Assembly: GCA_030390025.1 (NCBI GenBank)
Contig: CM059432.1
Location: 74,216,001-74,280,000, forward strand
Direction: 5' to 3'
DNA length: 64,000 bases
From: Squalus acanthias
Lineage: Eukaryota
A program made the position numbers and the translations under genes. Of this stretch, positions 12,806 to 25,945 are shown piece after piece. Positions within the stretch are counted from its first letter, which is position 1. Every line of letters begins with the position of its first letter. The notes below the pieces were generated by a model. It searched no databases. It was not told where the DNA came from and saw only the letters and a program-made list of their open reading frames with translations.

Positions 12806-14596
12806 ATGATTCAGGTGAAGTTTATATTGAGTTCTCAAAGCAAAAGGTCTATGAAATAATGAGTTTGGTTCTGTGTTCTATTTGCTTTCGAAAGCATATT
12901 AAGTTCTAAGCGTGTCTTATCCTAATTCTAGTCCATCTTTCAAAAAAAGTTGACTTTTGAAGCAAATAGCCTCTAATGAACTCATTGACGGTTAAAAAAT
13001 ATAAACTTTCTAATTGTTGATATCTGTAAGACCAAGCATAAGCGACAGAGGCAGACAGTGTCTTTCCTCATCCTAATTTGATATCCTCTTTTTAAAATTT
13101 TATTTGAAAGCAAATAATGCCTTTTTAAGATAAATAGATCGGAGAGAGGCAAGGAGAGGAAAAAGGGACATGAGAGCAAGGAAGTAGGGGGCAAGCATGA
13201 GTGATGAGGAAGAGGATGGAAAGGGAGCCACTGAGGGCCACATTTTCCCCCACTAGCCTCATCAGAAAATGCAGCCTGGACCTGTCAGGGGCTCCTCTCC
13301 CTGCAACGCCACACTACAAGGCCCACTACCTCTCATCTGACAGAAAAGATGACAGCTAGAAATTGAAGCAGACAGAAGGAATAGCAAAAAGAATATTGGT
13401 ACAGCATTGATCTGCTAATAGGATATAATTTCTGCTAAATGCACTTAGGAATGAATATGATAGACTTCCAGGTGCATAAAATCATTGCTCTGACTTTTTC
13501 TACGGTTTATCATATTTCATGAAAATTGGATGTGGTAGTCTAATTGGGCACCTAGTTTCATAATCCTCGTGATAGTGCATTGCAGCTTCTTAGTTAATAT
13601 AATGAATGATTTGAAATGATAAAATGTAGGAGTGCTTAATCACTTTTTCTTGGGGACCCGAGAAGCTGCTGATTATGTTTGTGAATATTTATAAAAACAG
13701 GCCAATAGTCCAGATATCATCATTTTGTAAATCTTACTAGATTTATTTCTAGAATTTTTAACCTTATGTATAACCCAATTAGAGCTCGCAGTAGAGTTGC
13801 CTCTTAATCTGTAAAGTTCTTTCAACCCTCGGAAATGGAATATTATGCATTAAAGCTGATGTACAAATACTGCATTCTCAATTCCAGTGCTAAAGAAATG
13901 TTTTTATTTTGAAGGAGGAATGATAATTATGGTTTGATGGCAGGAACACTTCATCTTCACTCTCATGATTTATCTCTCTTTTTTCTCCATCTTTCATCCT
14001 TTGGCTCCTTTATGCCCATTTCTGTGTCCATAACAGGCTTTTTGCACTCTACAATGTTTATAAGCTGACTTTAAATATGGTGTCTCCCATTACTAGAAAA
14101 GATATATTTAAACTGTGCTATGACTAGAATTAAATATAAATTGCAGTTATTACTATTGGGTGCTGTTTGTTAATTTTGTTCATTAAAAACTCCCTTTTTC
14201 TGGTAATGGTAGGCACTGGATTCAAGGTGAGGCTTGCTTAGAAGTTGGAGCTAGCCTGAAGAGATGGCCAGGGACAGAGAAGAAGCGTCTAGGTCAGATC
14301 AGGAGGAACTGAGATAAGCATGAGAGCCTAGAAGGATTTCCATCAGGTAGACAGAAATAACGTGAGGGATGCCAAACCACAGAGAAGTAGAAGAATTGTG
14401 TAAACCGTGTCATCAATGTGTTCACAAATGTGCACTAATGCCAGTCCTATTACATTGATTCTCATTGATCAAATAGGTGTAGTCTATATATGTTGAGTGT
14501 ATTCACTTCTCTGAAAGGAGTGTGATCTCCACATAAAAATGTAATGCTCTGTAAACATTTAATACGTACGTACTTCTCTCCATCTCCCCTTTCCCT

Positions 14597-14697
14597 ATCA
14601 CACACACTCTCTCTCACTCTCTCACACACTCACACTCACACTCTCACACTCTCACACACTCACTCTCACACACTCTCTCTCACACACTCTCACTCTC
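14597..14697. repeat. Compound (CA)/(CT) microsatellite
   Basis: Mixed CACACT/CTCT runs. Confidence 0.9.
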
Positions 14698-14809
14698 CTC
14701 TAAGGCACATTCTTAGTTTTGAATGGAGGAGGCAGCAGATGCACAAACTGGCAGCACAGCATGTTCTTGAATTTCCCTGCCTTTCACCAGTTTTCTTCCC
14801 CCTCCCCCC

Positions 14810-15180
14810 TTTCTAAAGGCGTTCATTCATGATAGAATTTGGTTCCAGAGTACCAGCTACCCTCTGGTACATTTCACAAGTTGTCGATCTTAAGCAGTGA
14901 GTGTCAGCAAGCTATTTGAATGAGTCCAGTTATGCTCAAGTCATCTGATGTCCACACCCGCACACACGGTTTGCAGCAAAAGCTGTTGGATAGTGACCAT
15001 CAATGGGAACTCGAGTGGAAGTTTTTTTCAATCCATCTGTAGTCAAAGGACGCTAAAGCCAGTTTCAGCACTCCAGTTGCTGTACTGGCTGTGTCAATAC
15101 AGACCAGGAATTGGACATGGGAACTTTAGGTTATTACAGCTTAGTACTGCACCCAAGTGACGTCTTTACCCGCAAGGTTG
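14810..15180 (-). mobile_element. Degenerate SINE, probably tRNA-derived; related copies at about 3235-3490, 47050-47335, 47440-47815 and (opposite strand) 42985-43310
   Basis: Shared CTGGATAG(C/T)(G/A)ATCAGG..., GATCAGCTAACTCA and GAACC.GGGACCTT-like segments across copies. Family not named. Confidence 0.5.
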
Positions 15181-15487
15181 TTGGGAAGCTCTCTGCTCCT
15201 TTCTTGAAGATATTAACTTATACGGTGTGCAATTCCACGAGTGCCGGTAGCCTTTTGGTACCTTGTCAAAGTGATGTTTATTTGTATGAGCCTAGGCAGG
15301 CTAATTGACCATAGAGGGGGAGTTTTGCAGAGGTGGGTGGGGTGGGGGGGGGGGGGGGGCGCGTGGAAGGGAAGAAAGAGAGAGAAGGCAAGTAATACCA
15401 GCCAAACCGAGAAACTGTGACAATCCTGATCTGAAAGGCTCAGTTCTACAGTGGCTTGTACATTTACTATCCACCAATGAAAGCAAG

Positions 15488-15812
15488 GCTTGCATTTATA
15501 TAGCGCCTTTCATGACCTCATGACGTCCCAAAGTGCTTTACAGCCAATTAAGTACTTTTGAAGTGTAGTCACTGTTGTAATGTAGGAAACGTGGCTGCCA
15601 ATTTGCGCACAGCAAGCTCCCACAAACAGCAATGTGATAATGAGCAGATAATCTGTTTTTTGTAATGTTAATTGAGGGATAAATATTGACCAGGACACCA
15701 GGGATAACTCCCCTGCTCTTCTTCGAAATAGTGCCATGGGATCTTTTACATCCACCTGAGAGCGCAGACGGGGCCTCGGTTTAACGTCTCATCCAAAAAA
15801 CAGCACCTCCAA
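15488..15812 (-). mobile_element. DeuSINE (SacSINE1/AmnSINE1-like Deu domain with L2-type tail)
   Basis: Reverse complement reads GAGACGTTAAACCGAGGCCCCGTCTG...AAAAGATCCCATGGCACTATTTCGAAGAAGAGCAGGGGAGTT...GGCGCTATATAAATGCAAG. The tail is shared with the L2 copies. Confidence 0.8.
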
Positions 15813-16194
15813 CAGGAGGGAGCTTTGTGCTTGTTTTTGACGTCTTAGCCGTTCCATTCAACAGGTCAGACAGATGGGTAGTTGGGGAGCCTTGTATGTG
15901 AAAATTGTGCTGAATTGTGTAGGCTACACCTATTGTGAGTAATCTAAACTATGTTTGAGAGTCTCCATGTTTAAGTCGGAGTAAAGTGAAAACAATAGAA
16001 ATGCAAGTGCCTATTTACCTATTTTCACCACCTGATCGTGTTGTTGTTGCGTGTTTAGGATTAGATTTTTTTCTTCTGTGGGGCAAAATACTATTTCAAA
16101 AAAAGATAATGGAATCTTAAAGTATTATTTGGAATATTATGAATGGTTTTGGTTACTGTTCTGCTTTATACTAACAAATGTTAATATTTTGTAG

Positions 16195-16330
16195 CAACAA
16201 GAAAAATGCGCCAGAATCAACTGTTGGAAAGAAAAAAGGCAAAAGGAAACATGAATCTTCTCCTGAAAATTCAGATATGGACAAAACGCCACCTCCATCT
16301 CCACAGGAAGAGGATGAATTGGGGGTACAG
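16195..16330 (+). CDS. CHD7: CHD7 internal coding exon (approx. human exon 4): (S)NKKNAPES...ENSDMDKTPPPSPQEEDELGVQ
   Basis: tttgtAG acceptor, CAG|GTGAAT donor, 136 nt (phase 2 to 0). ENSD.DKTPPPSP...E..GVQ matches recalled CHD7 sequence. Confidence 0.9.
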
Positions 16331-16614
16331 GTGAATGCAATCTCTAACTTAAACAAATATAAATTTAAAATTGAGGTTTACGAGAACCATGCATACAGAA
16401 TACGCAATTACATCAATATTATGACCTCCATGGGCTGTATTTTTTTAATGAAATGATTAGCGCACTGCTTTATGTTGCAATCGGTTTTAACTTCTGTTAT
16501 GTTCATCAGGTAAAAACATTTTGCTACTAGCAGTGATGGGCTACTGTGGGTGGTCTGTGATAATAAGTGGAGAACCTTGGTGAAGTTGGTGTTATAAACC
16601 CCTATATTTTGAGA

Positions 16615-16745
16615 AACAAAAAGCAAAATACTGCGGATGCTGGAAATCTGAAATAAAAACAGAAAATGCTGGAAACACTCAGCAGGTCGGGCAGCATCTG
16701 TGGAGAGAGGAAGTTAACATTTCTGGTGGATGATCTTTCATTCTT
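16615..16745 (-). mobile_element. Penelope-like pseudo-LTR fragment
   Basis: GCGGATGCTGGAAATCTGAAATAAAAACAGAAAATGCTGG...CAGCATCTGTGGAGAGAG; same sequence family as 28565-28665, which adjoins a Penelope ORF end. Confidence 0.65.
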
Positions 16746-17444
16746 TTAAGAAATGCTGGTCAAGGAAATCAGAGGGTTTCCATTAACTACACTTGTGTGT
16801 GTGCCTGCAGTGTCCTTCTGTTTTTTTAAAAGATCCATCCACAAGAAGGGCAGGATTACCTCTGTCTGTTTTACATAGCATAAGTAATATACTCTACTTG
16901 TTATAAGTTGTTTGTCCATTTGTCGAGACAGTTGAGTAAACCAGGCAAAAATCATTTCCCCAACCAAATGTATTAAAAGTAATGAGTGTTTCATTGGTTA
17001 TAGTGGACAGGAATATCCTTTTCCAGGTTTTTTTTAAATGTGCTTGCAGGAAATATAGGTAAATTAGCCACAATTTGATTATCTGAAATAATTTGCTTTT
17101 GGCTGTGCTAATGAAGCAATGCTACATCTAGGGTTTGACTTCAACTTCAGAATTTAAGCATTTACTTTGAGTGCACTTCAAAGGCATTTTTTTTTTTTTA
17201 AAGATTCAGAATATCCATCATTGGGTGGTCCCTTCCCTGGGTTATCACATGCATGAGTTAAACCAAACAAATCAAATAAGTCCACTATAAGAGGCTTGTA
17301 CTATGTAGAAGAAAAGCTCATTTGGCCCATCAAGCCTGTTTGTACATGGTATATCGAAGAATGTGCTCTATCATGGACTTTGTCCAACCTACTCCATTTT
17401 CTAAGGAGGGCAACCAACTAAAAATAAATCCTGTCCGCAAGCAT

Positions 17445-17655
17445 CGGTTTGGCTCGGTGGTTGGACCGTCCTTTGAGACAGAAGGTTGCGGGCTAAAGCC
17501 CCACTCCAGAAAATGAGCACATCATTTAGTTTGACATTTCAGTGCATTTCTGAGGGAGTGCTACGTTGTTAGTGCCATGTTTTGGATGAAAAGTAAAAAT
17601 GAGGCGCTCTCTGCCGGTTCAGGTGGATGGAAAAGGCTCTTTTTCCAAGAAGAGG
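17445..17655 (+). mobile_element. DeuSINE 5' part (tRNA-like head, degenerate)
   Basis: TGGCTCGGTGG box-A-like motif, then a degenerate GGATGA...GAGGC...CAGGTGGATG Deu segment. Confidence 0.55.
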
Positions 17656-17656
17656 T

Positions 17657-18860
17657 GTTCACACAAATTCCTGTCTCACATAGGACTCTTTAGGGACCTG
17701 AACAATGTTGTAGAAAGAGATAAATGAAAAGGTGTTGTATCTGCTACAGTTGCATGGATAAGTCAGTGATGTGGAAGAATGCACAAGTGTATCTAGAAGG
17801 AAAGCAGAGAGGCAAGCAGAAGCCGGGCTTGGTGGTGGGAACGTGTTCGTAGCAGAAAATGATTTGAATAGAACAGAATGTGTTGACAAATATATTGCTA
17901 TCCTAAGAGGAGCAAGAGGGGTGGAGGGCCAAGTTATGGGACGCAAGGTGGACGCGGTAAAGGATTCTGTCCAGTTATCATCATCTTTGACACTTTCACA
18001 TATAACCAAAGCAGGTACAACACTTACTCATCTTCCCACATCATTATCCAGTGCCCCAGACACTCCTTTCATATAAGACAGTAATTTACATGTGCTTCCT
18101 CCAACCTCACGTACTGTGTTGTTTATAGGTCAGTCTGTTCTACATTGGGGAGACCAAATGCAGATTGGGTGACTGCTGAACACTGCTGTTCTGTTCGCCA
18201 ATATGATCCTTACCTTCCTGTGGCTTTCCATTTCAACTCCCATTCCCACTCTGATGTCTCTGGCTTTTCCCTCCTATAATGTTCCAAACAAATCCAACAC
18301 AAACTTCAAGAACAGTTCCTCATCTTTCACCTGGGCACCCTTCAGCCCTCTACCATGCACATTAAATTTAGAAACTTGGGATCTTGGCTTTCTCTCTCAT
18401 TTTCTCAGTGGTAAGCAGTGCTGGAAATATACAGGGATGGGAGATGGGTTGCCATTGCAGATGTGGATCCTTTGTCAGAACACATTTATAGTGTGAGGTG
18501 GGGGGGTTGCACCCAGAGTGTTAGTTTCTCCTCTTGTGTTGGGTGCTGCTGAGTCTGCTAGCTATTTCCAGCATTTTCTGTTTGTATTTCACTACCTTTT
18601 GTTCTTCTAATGACTATTAACTGCTTAGATGATTCCACCAGTTTTCATCTCTTTGTAGTTTTTCCAAAAGCCTGTTTGTTTATTCTACCTATTATGCCTC
18701 TTCCTCTCCCCACCCTTTTGTTCAGTTCCACTAGAAGACTTGCCCATCTTCCAGTTCCCAGTTCTGACAGGTTTTACACCCAAAATCCTGACCAATCCTT
18801 TCTCTATACAGATGAGGATTGACCTGTATTTCCAGTATTTTCTATTTATCCTATTCATCA
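17657..18860. mobile_element. Degenerate Penelope-like element with GIY-YIG endonuclease remnants in both orientations
   Basis: Plus strand 18085-18375 reads FTCASSNL.YC...YIGETKCRLGD..EH..SV...PVAFHFN...LGTLQP. Minus strand 17660-17830 has the adjoining LVHS...PCN.SRYNT segment. Confidence 0.7.
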
Positions 18861-19079
18861 CCAAGACCACTTCCACCTGCACAACCTGAGAAAACCCTGC
18901 CCACTTGGTCATTGGTACAGTCTCGCACGCTGTTTACTCATTTTATACCAATAGGAGAGGCAAAAAAAAAGCCCAATTCAGGAAAATCTCTGGGATATTC
19001 CTCTTCAACTCCCTAATGCAATCAAGCAAACTCCTGCAGACCGTAGTTGCCCATGACCCATCACAATTTCAACTAACTA

Positions 19080-19690
19080 GCAATTATCTCCTATAACTGG
19101 AAATGTTCTCTTCTCTCAGGAACTTCTCAAATTCCCTTTTAAAGGACTGCAGTAATCCCATTCTCACCAGGTGCTGAAGCAATTTTGGTGATCACACTCT
19201 TTTAAAATAAATACTTCCTGGCATTAAACTCAACTCTTTGCCTACTGATTTTTATAGGTGTGACCTCCTGCCCTGCCATCTCTATCCATTTCAAATAATC
19301 TATCCAACCATACAGTATTCTATTCCTTCATCCTGAAAACTTCAAAAGTATCCCCTCTAAAACAGTATTGCTTGAAGGTAAATAACCTAATTTAAGAGCT
19401 GTAGGATTTGGTATCGTTTTGGTCGCCTTCCTCTGCACCCTCTCCTTGTTATCCTTCACTACATGCAGTGAGGGCACAGTACTCCCAAGTACATTTGTAC
19501 TAGAGCTTTTTTTATAGGCTAAATGTAGTACTATTAGTTTCGTACTCGATGGTCGTACCAATATAATCTAAAACCTGGCTTCCCTGTTTTACCTCACATT
19601 GTTTATGCACAGTTAACGATCGAGCAGCTACGATACGCAGATTGTTTTTCTGATCCATTTCCTTTAATGAGTGCACCTGTACTGTATAAA
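19080..19690 (-). mobile_element. Very degenerate CR1 3' fragment
   Basis: ERVQRKATK.IP remnant on the minus strand. Confidence 0.55.
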
Positions 19691-19709
19691 TGTGCATGAA
19701 GTTTTTTTT

Positions 19710-21020
19710 AAATGTATTAATTCACGGGATGTGGGTGTTCCTGGCAAAGCCAGCATTTATTGTCCATCCCTAGTTGCCCTTGAGAAGGTGATGGTGAGCC
19801 GATCTCTTGAGCCGCTGCAGTCCGTGTGGTGAAGCTACTCCCACAGTGCTGTTAGGTCGGGAATTCCAAGATTTTGACCCAGCGATAATAAAGGAACGGC
19901 GATATGTTCCAAGTCAGGATGGTGTGTGACTTGGAAGTTAACTTGCAGGTGGTCCACGCGCCTGCTGCCCTTGTCCTAAGTTGATGGAGGCTGCGGGTTT
20001 GGGAGGTGCTTTCAAAGAAGTCTTGGCGAGCTGCTGCAGTGCATCTTGTAGATGATGCACACTGCGGCCATGGTGCGCCGGTGGTGGAGGGAGTGAATGG
20101 TTATGGTAGTGGATGGGATGCCGATCAAATGGACTGCTTTGTCCTGGATGGTGTCGAGCTTCGAGTGTTGTTGGAACTGCACTCATCCAGGCAAGTGGAG
20201 AGTATTCCATCACACTCCTAAAGTACCTTGTTTGTGGTGGAAAGGCTTTGGAATACCCAACCTTTGACCTACTCTTGTAGCCACATTATTGATGTGGCTG
20301 GTCCAGTTAAAGTTCTGGTCAGTGGTGACCCCCAGGATGTTGATGGTGGGGGATTCGGCAATGGTCATACCATTGAATGTCATGGGGAGGTGGTTAGACT
20401 CTCTTGTCGGAGATGATAATTACCTGGCACTTGTGTGGCGTGAATGTTAATTGCCACGTATCAGCTCAAGCCTGGATGTTGTCCAGGTCTTGCTGCATGT
20501 GGACACAGACTGCTTCATTATCTGAGGAATTGCGAATGAAACTAAACACTGCAAACATCCCCACTTCTGACCTTATGATGGAGGAAAGGTCATTGATGAA
20601 ACAACTGAAGATGGTTGGGCCTAGGACACTGCTGTAAGGAGCACCTGCAGCGATGTCCTGGGGCTGAGGAGATTGGCCTCCAACAACCACAACCATCTTC
20701 CTTTGTGCTCGATACAACGTCAGCCAGTGGAGAGGTTTACCCCTGATCCCCATTGACTTCAATTTTACAAAGGCTCTTTGGTGCCACACTTGGTCAAGAA
20801 CAGTTACTCTGTCCTCGCATTTGGAATTCAGCTCTTTTGTCTATGTTTGGACCAAGGCTGTAATGAGGTTTGGAGCTGAGTGGTCTTGGCGGAACCCAAA
20901 CTGAGTATCAGTGAGCAGGTTACTGGTGAGTACATGCCTCTTGAGAGCACTGTCAAGGATACCTTCCATCACTTTGCTGATGATTGAGAGTAAGCTGATG
21001 GGGCGGTAATTGGCCAGATT
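19710..21020 (-). mobile_element. CR1-group LINE (HER1-like), RT and 3' end, internally deleted
   Basis: ANYRPISLLSIISKVMEGI, QFGFRQDHSAP.LIT.LVQ, SVLGPTIFSCFINDL and MEYSPLAWMSA. 3' end GGGCAACTAGGGATGGACAATAAATGCTGGC...CCCACATCCCGTGAA. Confidence 0.85.
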
Positions 21021-21224
21021 AGAGTTTGCTAAACTATATTTACATGATTGTGCACTAGTCCACTTTAACTGAAATCTGTCGCATATGAGCTCATTCACTC
21101 AACTTATCTAAGTCAGCCTGCAACTTATTTATTTATTCTAAATTACCAATTCTATTGAACATTTTTGTAACATTGGCAAATATGAGTGGTTCCATTTAAT
21201 CCCTTCTCTAGATCGCCCACGTCT

Positions 21225-21460
21225 AACCCATCTCAGCACCCACCGCCATTGCTGAAATGTTTATTCCCACTTTCATCACTCTGGATATCCTTGCCTGTCC
21301 CCTATCTTCAACCCTCCTTAAACACCAACATTTCCAAAACTCAACTAGCCATATCATGTCTTGCATCTATGTTGGGTCCCTTTCCTCCATTACATTGAAT
21401 TTAAAATCTTCATTATTAGCACATCCCTGTGTGTGTGTGTGTGTGTATAAATCTGTATCT

Positions 21461-21500
<40 letters not shown>

Positions 21501-21640
21501 TATATATATTCCCCACACTTGCTGTTCTTTTCAACCAAGCTTTTGGTTACCTCCCTAAACTGTACTGCCATGGTTCAACACCTCTTTATTTATTTCTGTC
21601 CTGTAAAGCATATACTCATGCTGCTATATAAACCCAAGTT
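21225..21640 (+). mobile_element. Degenerate L2 3' fragment interrupted by (TG)n/(TA)n microsatellite (21428-21510)
   Basis: CAAGCTTTTGGT.ACC and GCTATATAAA..CAAGTTGTT tail. Confidence 0.55.
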
Positions 21641-22371
21641 GTTTGATTTCCAACATTTACTGTTTCTTTTCTAGGAAATGTTTTATTGTTTTGCCTTGTG
21701 TAGTAGGGATGGATTATGGAGCAGCATGTGGTTAGTGCTGTAATTTTGTGTGCAGCATCATTAACCTTTCAATTTATCTTGGGTGCTTTGCATACCCTCG
21801 TAAAGGGACTACATTTTTATTAAACTGTCATAATAATTGTTTTATGATTATCAAACAGGCGGTAACACAAGGTTTTTGCGTGTTCTACTGTACCCCACTA
21901 TTCCACTTTGAGGATACCTATTACATATATGCCCTACTATAAGTGTCTGACTTGCCCCATGCAATTATGTTCAGATTGGTTAAGTAAAAAGTCGGGAACA
22001 AGGATGATTTTAAAAGTGCAGTTTTCCATAGATGGAGCGACAGTCATATCACCACCTTATGCATCTTCTAGCAGATGGCCATAAATTGTATTGGTTGCGG
22101 GGGGTGTGGTGGTGGGAGGAGGAGACAGATAGCAGGTCATCCTGTCAGCTAGGAACTGTATGTGGCAAGGTGAGAAAAGTAGAATAGGAGAGAATAGAAG
22201 GTAAGGAATAACTGATCCAAATTTAAATTTTTGTTTCAGCAGCCCGAGTGAGTTTGCACCACTGTTCACTTTAATCTTGTGTCTAGCATGAATCTTACCC
22301 CTCTGTCTGCTGTAAAGATGTTGCGTCGACCCAGTTCCTATTGGCTGACTCCACAGCATAAAAGGCTGATT

Positions 22372-22650
22372 ACATAGAATTTACAGCACAGAAACAGATC
22401 ATTCAGCTCAACTGGTCTATGCCGGTGTTTATGCTCCACACAAGCCCCCTCATGCCCCTCTTCATCTTAACCCTATCAGCATAACCTTCTATTCCTTTCT
22501 CCCTCATGTGTTTATCTAGCTTCCTTTTAAATGCATCTATGCTATTCTTCTCAACTGCGCCTTGTGGTATCGAGTTCCACATTCTAACCACTCTCTGGGT
22601 AAAGAAGTTCCTCCTGAATTCCCTATTGGATTTATTGGTGACCATCTTGT
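22372..22650 (-). mobile_element. CR1 3' end
   Basis: REFRRNFFTQRVVRMWNS; same subfamily as the 3' part of 29538-30819. Confidence 0.85.
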
Positions 22651-23033
22651 ATTAATTCAAAGCTTGTTGATAACCACTTAAGAGAGAAACAATAGGATTA
22701 ATTGGCACGGTAAATTTTTTTAAAAACTAGTCCAGTAAGAGATGTTCTAGGGTTGGTATTAAGGTGCATTTATACTGCACATAACCAGTGTTGTAACTAC
22801 CGTGTAATTGCCTGACACAGAAAGTAGGTGAAAATCTGGCCCATCAGCAACATCTTAAGCATACAATTTATACGCAAAACAACTTCTTTTAATACCTGTT
22901 TTAACTTTTGTAAATTCCAGATTGCCCCATTGGAATCAATGAAAACTTGATGTTGACAGCCAAACGTTGCTAATTTTCCAGAATGTATTATAACTCGACT
23001 TTTGTTGACAAATTCCGTTCTGTCACTTTTCAG

Positions 23034-23153
23034 AAGCGCCGCTCGAGTCGACAAGTGAAAAGAAAGCGATATACGGAGGACCTAGAGTTTAAAATATCTG
23101 ATGATGATGATGCAGGAAAAGATTCTCCATTAAACACTTCGCAGTCAGAACAG
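23034..23153 (+). CDS. CHD7: CHD7 coding exon (approx. exon 5): [40 protein letters not shown]
   Basis: ttttcAG acceptor, CAG|GTATCG donor, 120 nt, phase 0-0. [23 protein letters not shown] and NTSQSEQ are CHD7-type. Confidence 0.95.
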
Positions 23154-25711
23154 GTATCGGCAGTAATTCGTTAACTATTAACAATTTAGATTCATTTAAT
23201 CCAAGTTGGAAGAATTTAAGCTTTGTGTTTCATAAGTGAGATATAAATATGACCATGACCAATTAGATATTTCAATTTTTTTCCCCTTAGCTTGGGGCAA
23301 ACTGATATATGAACAATTGTATTCATATTAATCGAGCTGTTTTTACGATAGAAATTTTGTTGCGTTTTAGAACTTTAAATACACATTTTGTTTACTCCAA
23401 TTACAAAAATGTACAATGTTAAACCCTTTGAGTATTTTGTAGCATACTGAGCTAACTTTGGTTAAATGGTGTTCAATACCTAATATTATGCACAGTCAAA
23501 ACCTGATGAATTCACATTCTAACAACTGGTTATGCACTGTTGGAGGAAAACCATTATCTTGCTTTCATCATTGTTACAATTACCAATTACATTTAAAACA
23601 AACCACTGCATTGCAAACATGAAATAATTTTTATCGGATTCCTGCATTCAATACATTATTACCCTCACTTTATTACTTCTCCGTCCTTTTCATTTTAATT
23701 AAAAACTAAGTACTTAATAGTTTCATTTACCTATAACATGGCTGCTGGTTGAGACAAACTAACGGTGCTCTACAGTGACACTCGGTGGTCAGCACCTGAA
23801 ACTGCAAAAAGAGACAATCCTTCTTGATATTAAGTTTCAATATACTATATAGCTGTTGTTGTTTTAGCATCTAATGTTTTGTAACTTTGAAAATCCTTAT
23901 CAGCTAACCATGTACTAGTGTCGCAAATACTGCATCCAAATTGACACTTCTAACCTCTATCTATGCATTGACGAGCCTGAGATATGAGCTTTCATGCATT
24001 TTGAAATGGAATGTTGTGACTCACTCACCAATTTAATATGCAACAGATAGTGACAAAAGCCTTTCTCAAAAATCATGACATGGGAAGTAAGGGTAATGCG
24101 CACAGAAAGTTCGCACCAAACACCATACTTTGAAAGTTATATACTAGTGGATCTCCTGTGGCGACACTTACAATAAGACAGAGCATACATTCTCTCATAC
24201 TGTCTGTATACTGCAGCTTCTCTTCCTTATCTTCTGATCGTATCCTTTTTTCTGGTTCTCTTTCCCTTTTGTTTTTTTCCCCTTCTTTCTCACTTTAACT
24301 ATCCAGTCTTTTTCAGCTTTTTTTCCCTTTTCTGTTCCTTTTGGATGGGTGGTGGTAAGTGGTATGCTGAGGAAGGTAGCACTTAAGAGCTGGTGGCTGC
24401 ACAGCACCAATTGGAGGAGACATCAGCTACTGGTATGGGCTGGCAAGTAAATAATGGTGGGAAGCAATGGGTACTCGGGTGGGGGGTGATGGGAGGAAGA
24501 TGAAAAGGACAAGGAGCACCAGGTGGAGGAGAGATCTGGGTAGTGCTGCAGATCAGCGGGTTGCGAATGCCTTTTAGGTCATTGTTTGTGGGCGAGAGGA
24601 GGAATGTAGGCCACATGTTGTATTTACTGGTGGTGAATGCAGGCCATTGGTTGAAAAGGGATGCAGCCAGAGGCAGGAACTGGGAGGTGGTAGGAGGGAG
24701 AGCAAAAAGATGAGAGAAGGGGCTGAATGGGAACCTATGTTGGAAGAGGCACATTTGGGGAAGGCCCTGTCATTCTAGTGGGTAAGCAAATTCCTTTTTT
24801 GTAATACCAAAGCTTATTAGTGAGTGAGCATAGATATTGAAGCCTAGATTATCGAATTGGTGTTGACCAATTTGAAATAAATGGGATAATGTTTGGAAAA
24901 TCTAAGCCTAAATATCGGTAGTGTGTTTGAACAAAGATTGCATTATAGCTAACATCAATTCCTGGCTAATCTTGTTCTCTTCCTCTTTTTCTCGCTTCCC
25001 TGCCCCCAATATTTTTTTCTAGTCTCCTACTGAGATCAGCTCGCTCGGCTGAAACTAGCGATTGTATCTAGAACCTTCCTGGCCTTGCGATTGCCAACTG
25101 AGCCATCAGAGGAGCATTGTATTCTGACTTTACTTTCCCCCCTCTGTCATAAATTCATAGTGGAACAGATCTGGAACCTTTATGGACAGTTGAAAATATT
25201 AGCATTTGGTTTTCTGTGAGAACCAGATTCTGGGTCAGCCAATCTCGAAGGAATGGTTGGATGCCGTACCTATCAGGAAAGGTTAATGTATTTGCTAGCT
25301 TGGAAATGTAGCATTACAAAGTAAGGCAACACTGAGCATAACTTTAGCAAGCGATTTTCTAAGTTTCACTGTGCACCTGTAGTTTTGTCATTACTTCTGG
25401 TGAGATGAATCTCCTTCCTTCTGAAGCTACTACAGTACTTTGGAAAAACAATTTATCTACCTTCAATAATTCTTCCCCAAAGTAATAAATGAGTGAAGAA
25501 AGTTAATTTTCCAAATTAGTTTATTTAGTGGGACGAGGAGAGAGAAAACTCTTCTGTCCTTGTATTGTCCTGCAAAATTACAAATATAGAGCTCCGCCAA
25601 ATGAAGGCAGAGGTCAGGATGATCTTCTGAAACAGCAGACAATCCTTGGGATTAAAATGCTGTCCATACACCACCTTTCCTCTCGGGTGTAAACCATCAT
25701 GTGACACTATT

Positions 25712-25945
25712 TTGGAAGAGGAGAGGAATTCTCCCAGTGTCCTGGTTAACATGTATTCCTCAACCAACATCACTAAAACAGATTATCTGGTCATTATCTT
25801 ATTGCTGTAAATGGGAGCTTGCTGTGGGAGCATGTTAGCTGCCATATTTCCTACATTACAACAGTTACTACCCTTCGTTGGCAGTAAAGCACTTTGGGAT
25901 GTTCAGAGGTTGTGAAAGGCACTATATAAAATGCAAGTTTGTTCT
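25712..25945 (+). mobile_element. DeuSINE 3' part
   Basis: CAACCAACATCACTAAAACAGATTATCTGGTCATT...GGCACTATATAAAATGCAAG; homologous to 15488-15720. Confidence 0.8.

Noticed and set aside
23154..23161. GTATC donor as a U12-type intron
   Set aside because: The sequence is GTATCGGC, not GTATCCTT, and no U12 branch site is seen before 27091.
23773..23791. CTCF-like motif on the minus strand
   Set aside because: The core AG dinucleotide is GA and another conserved G is changed; too weak.
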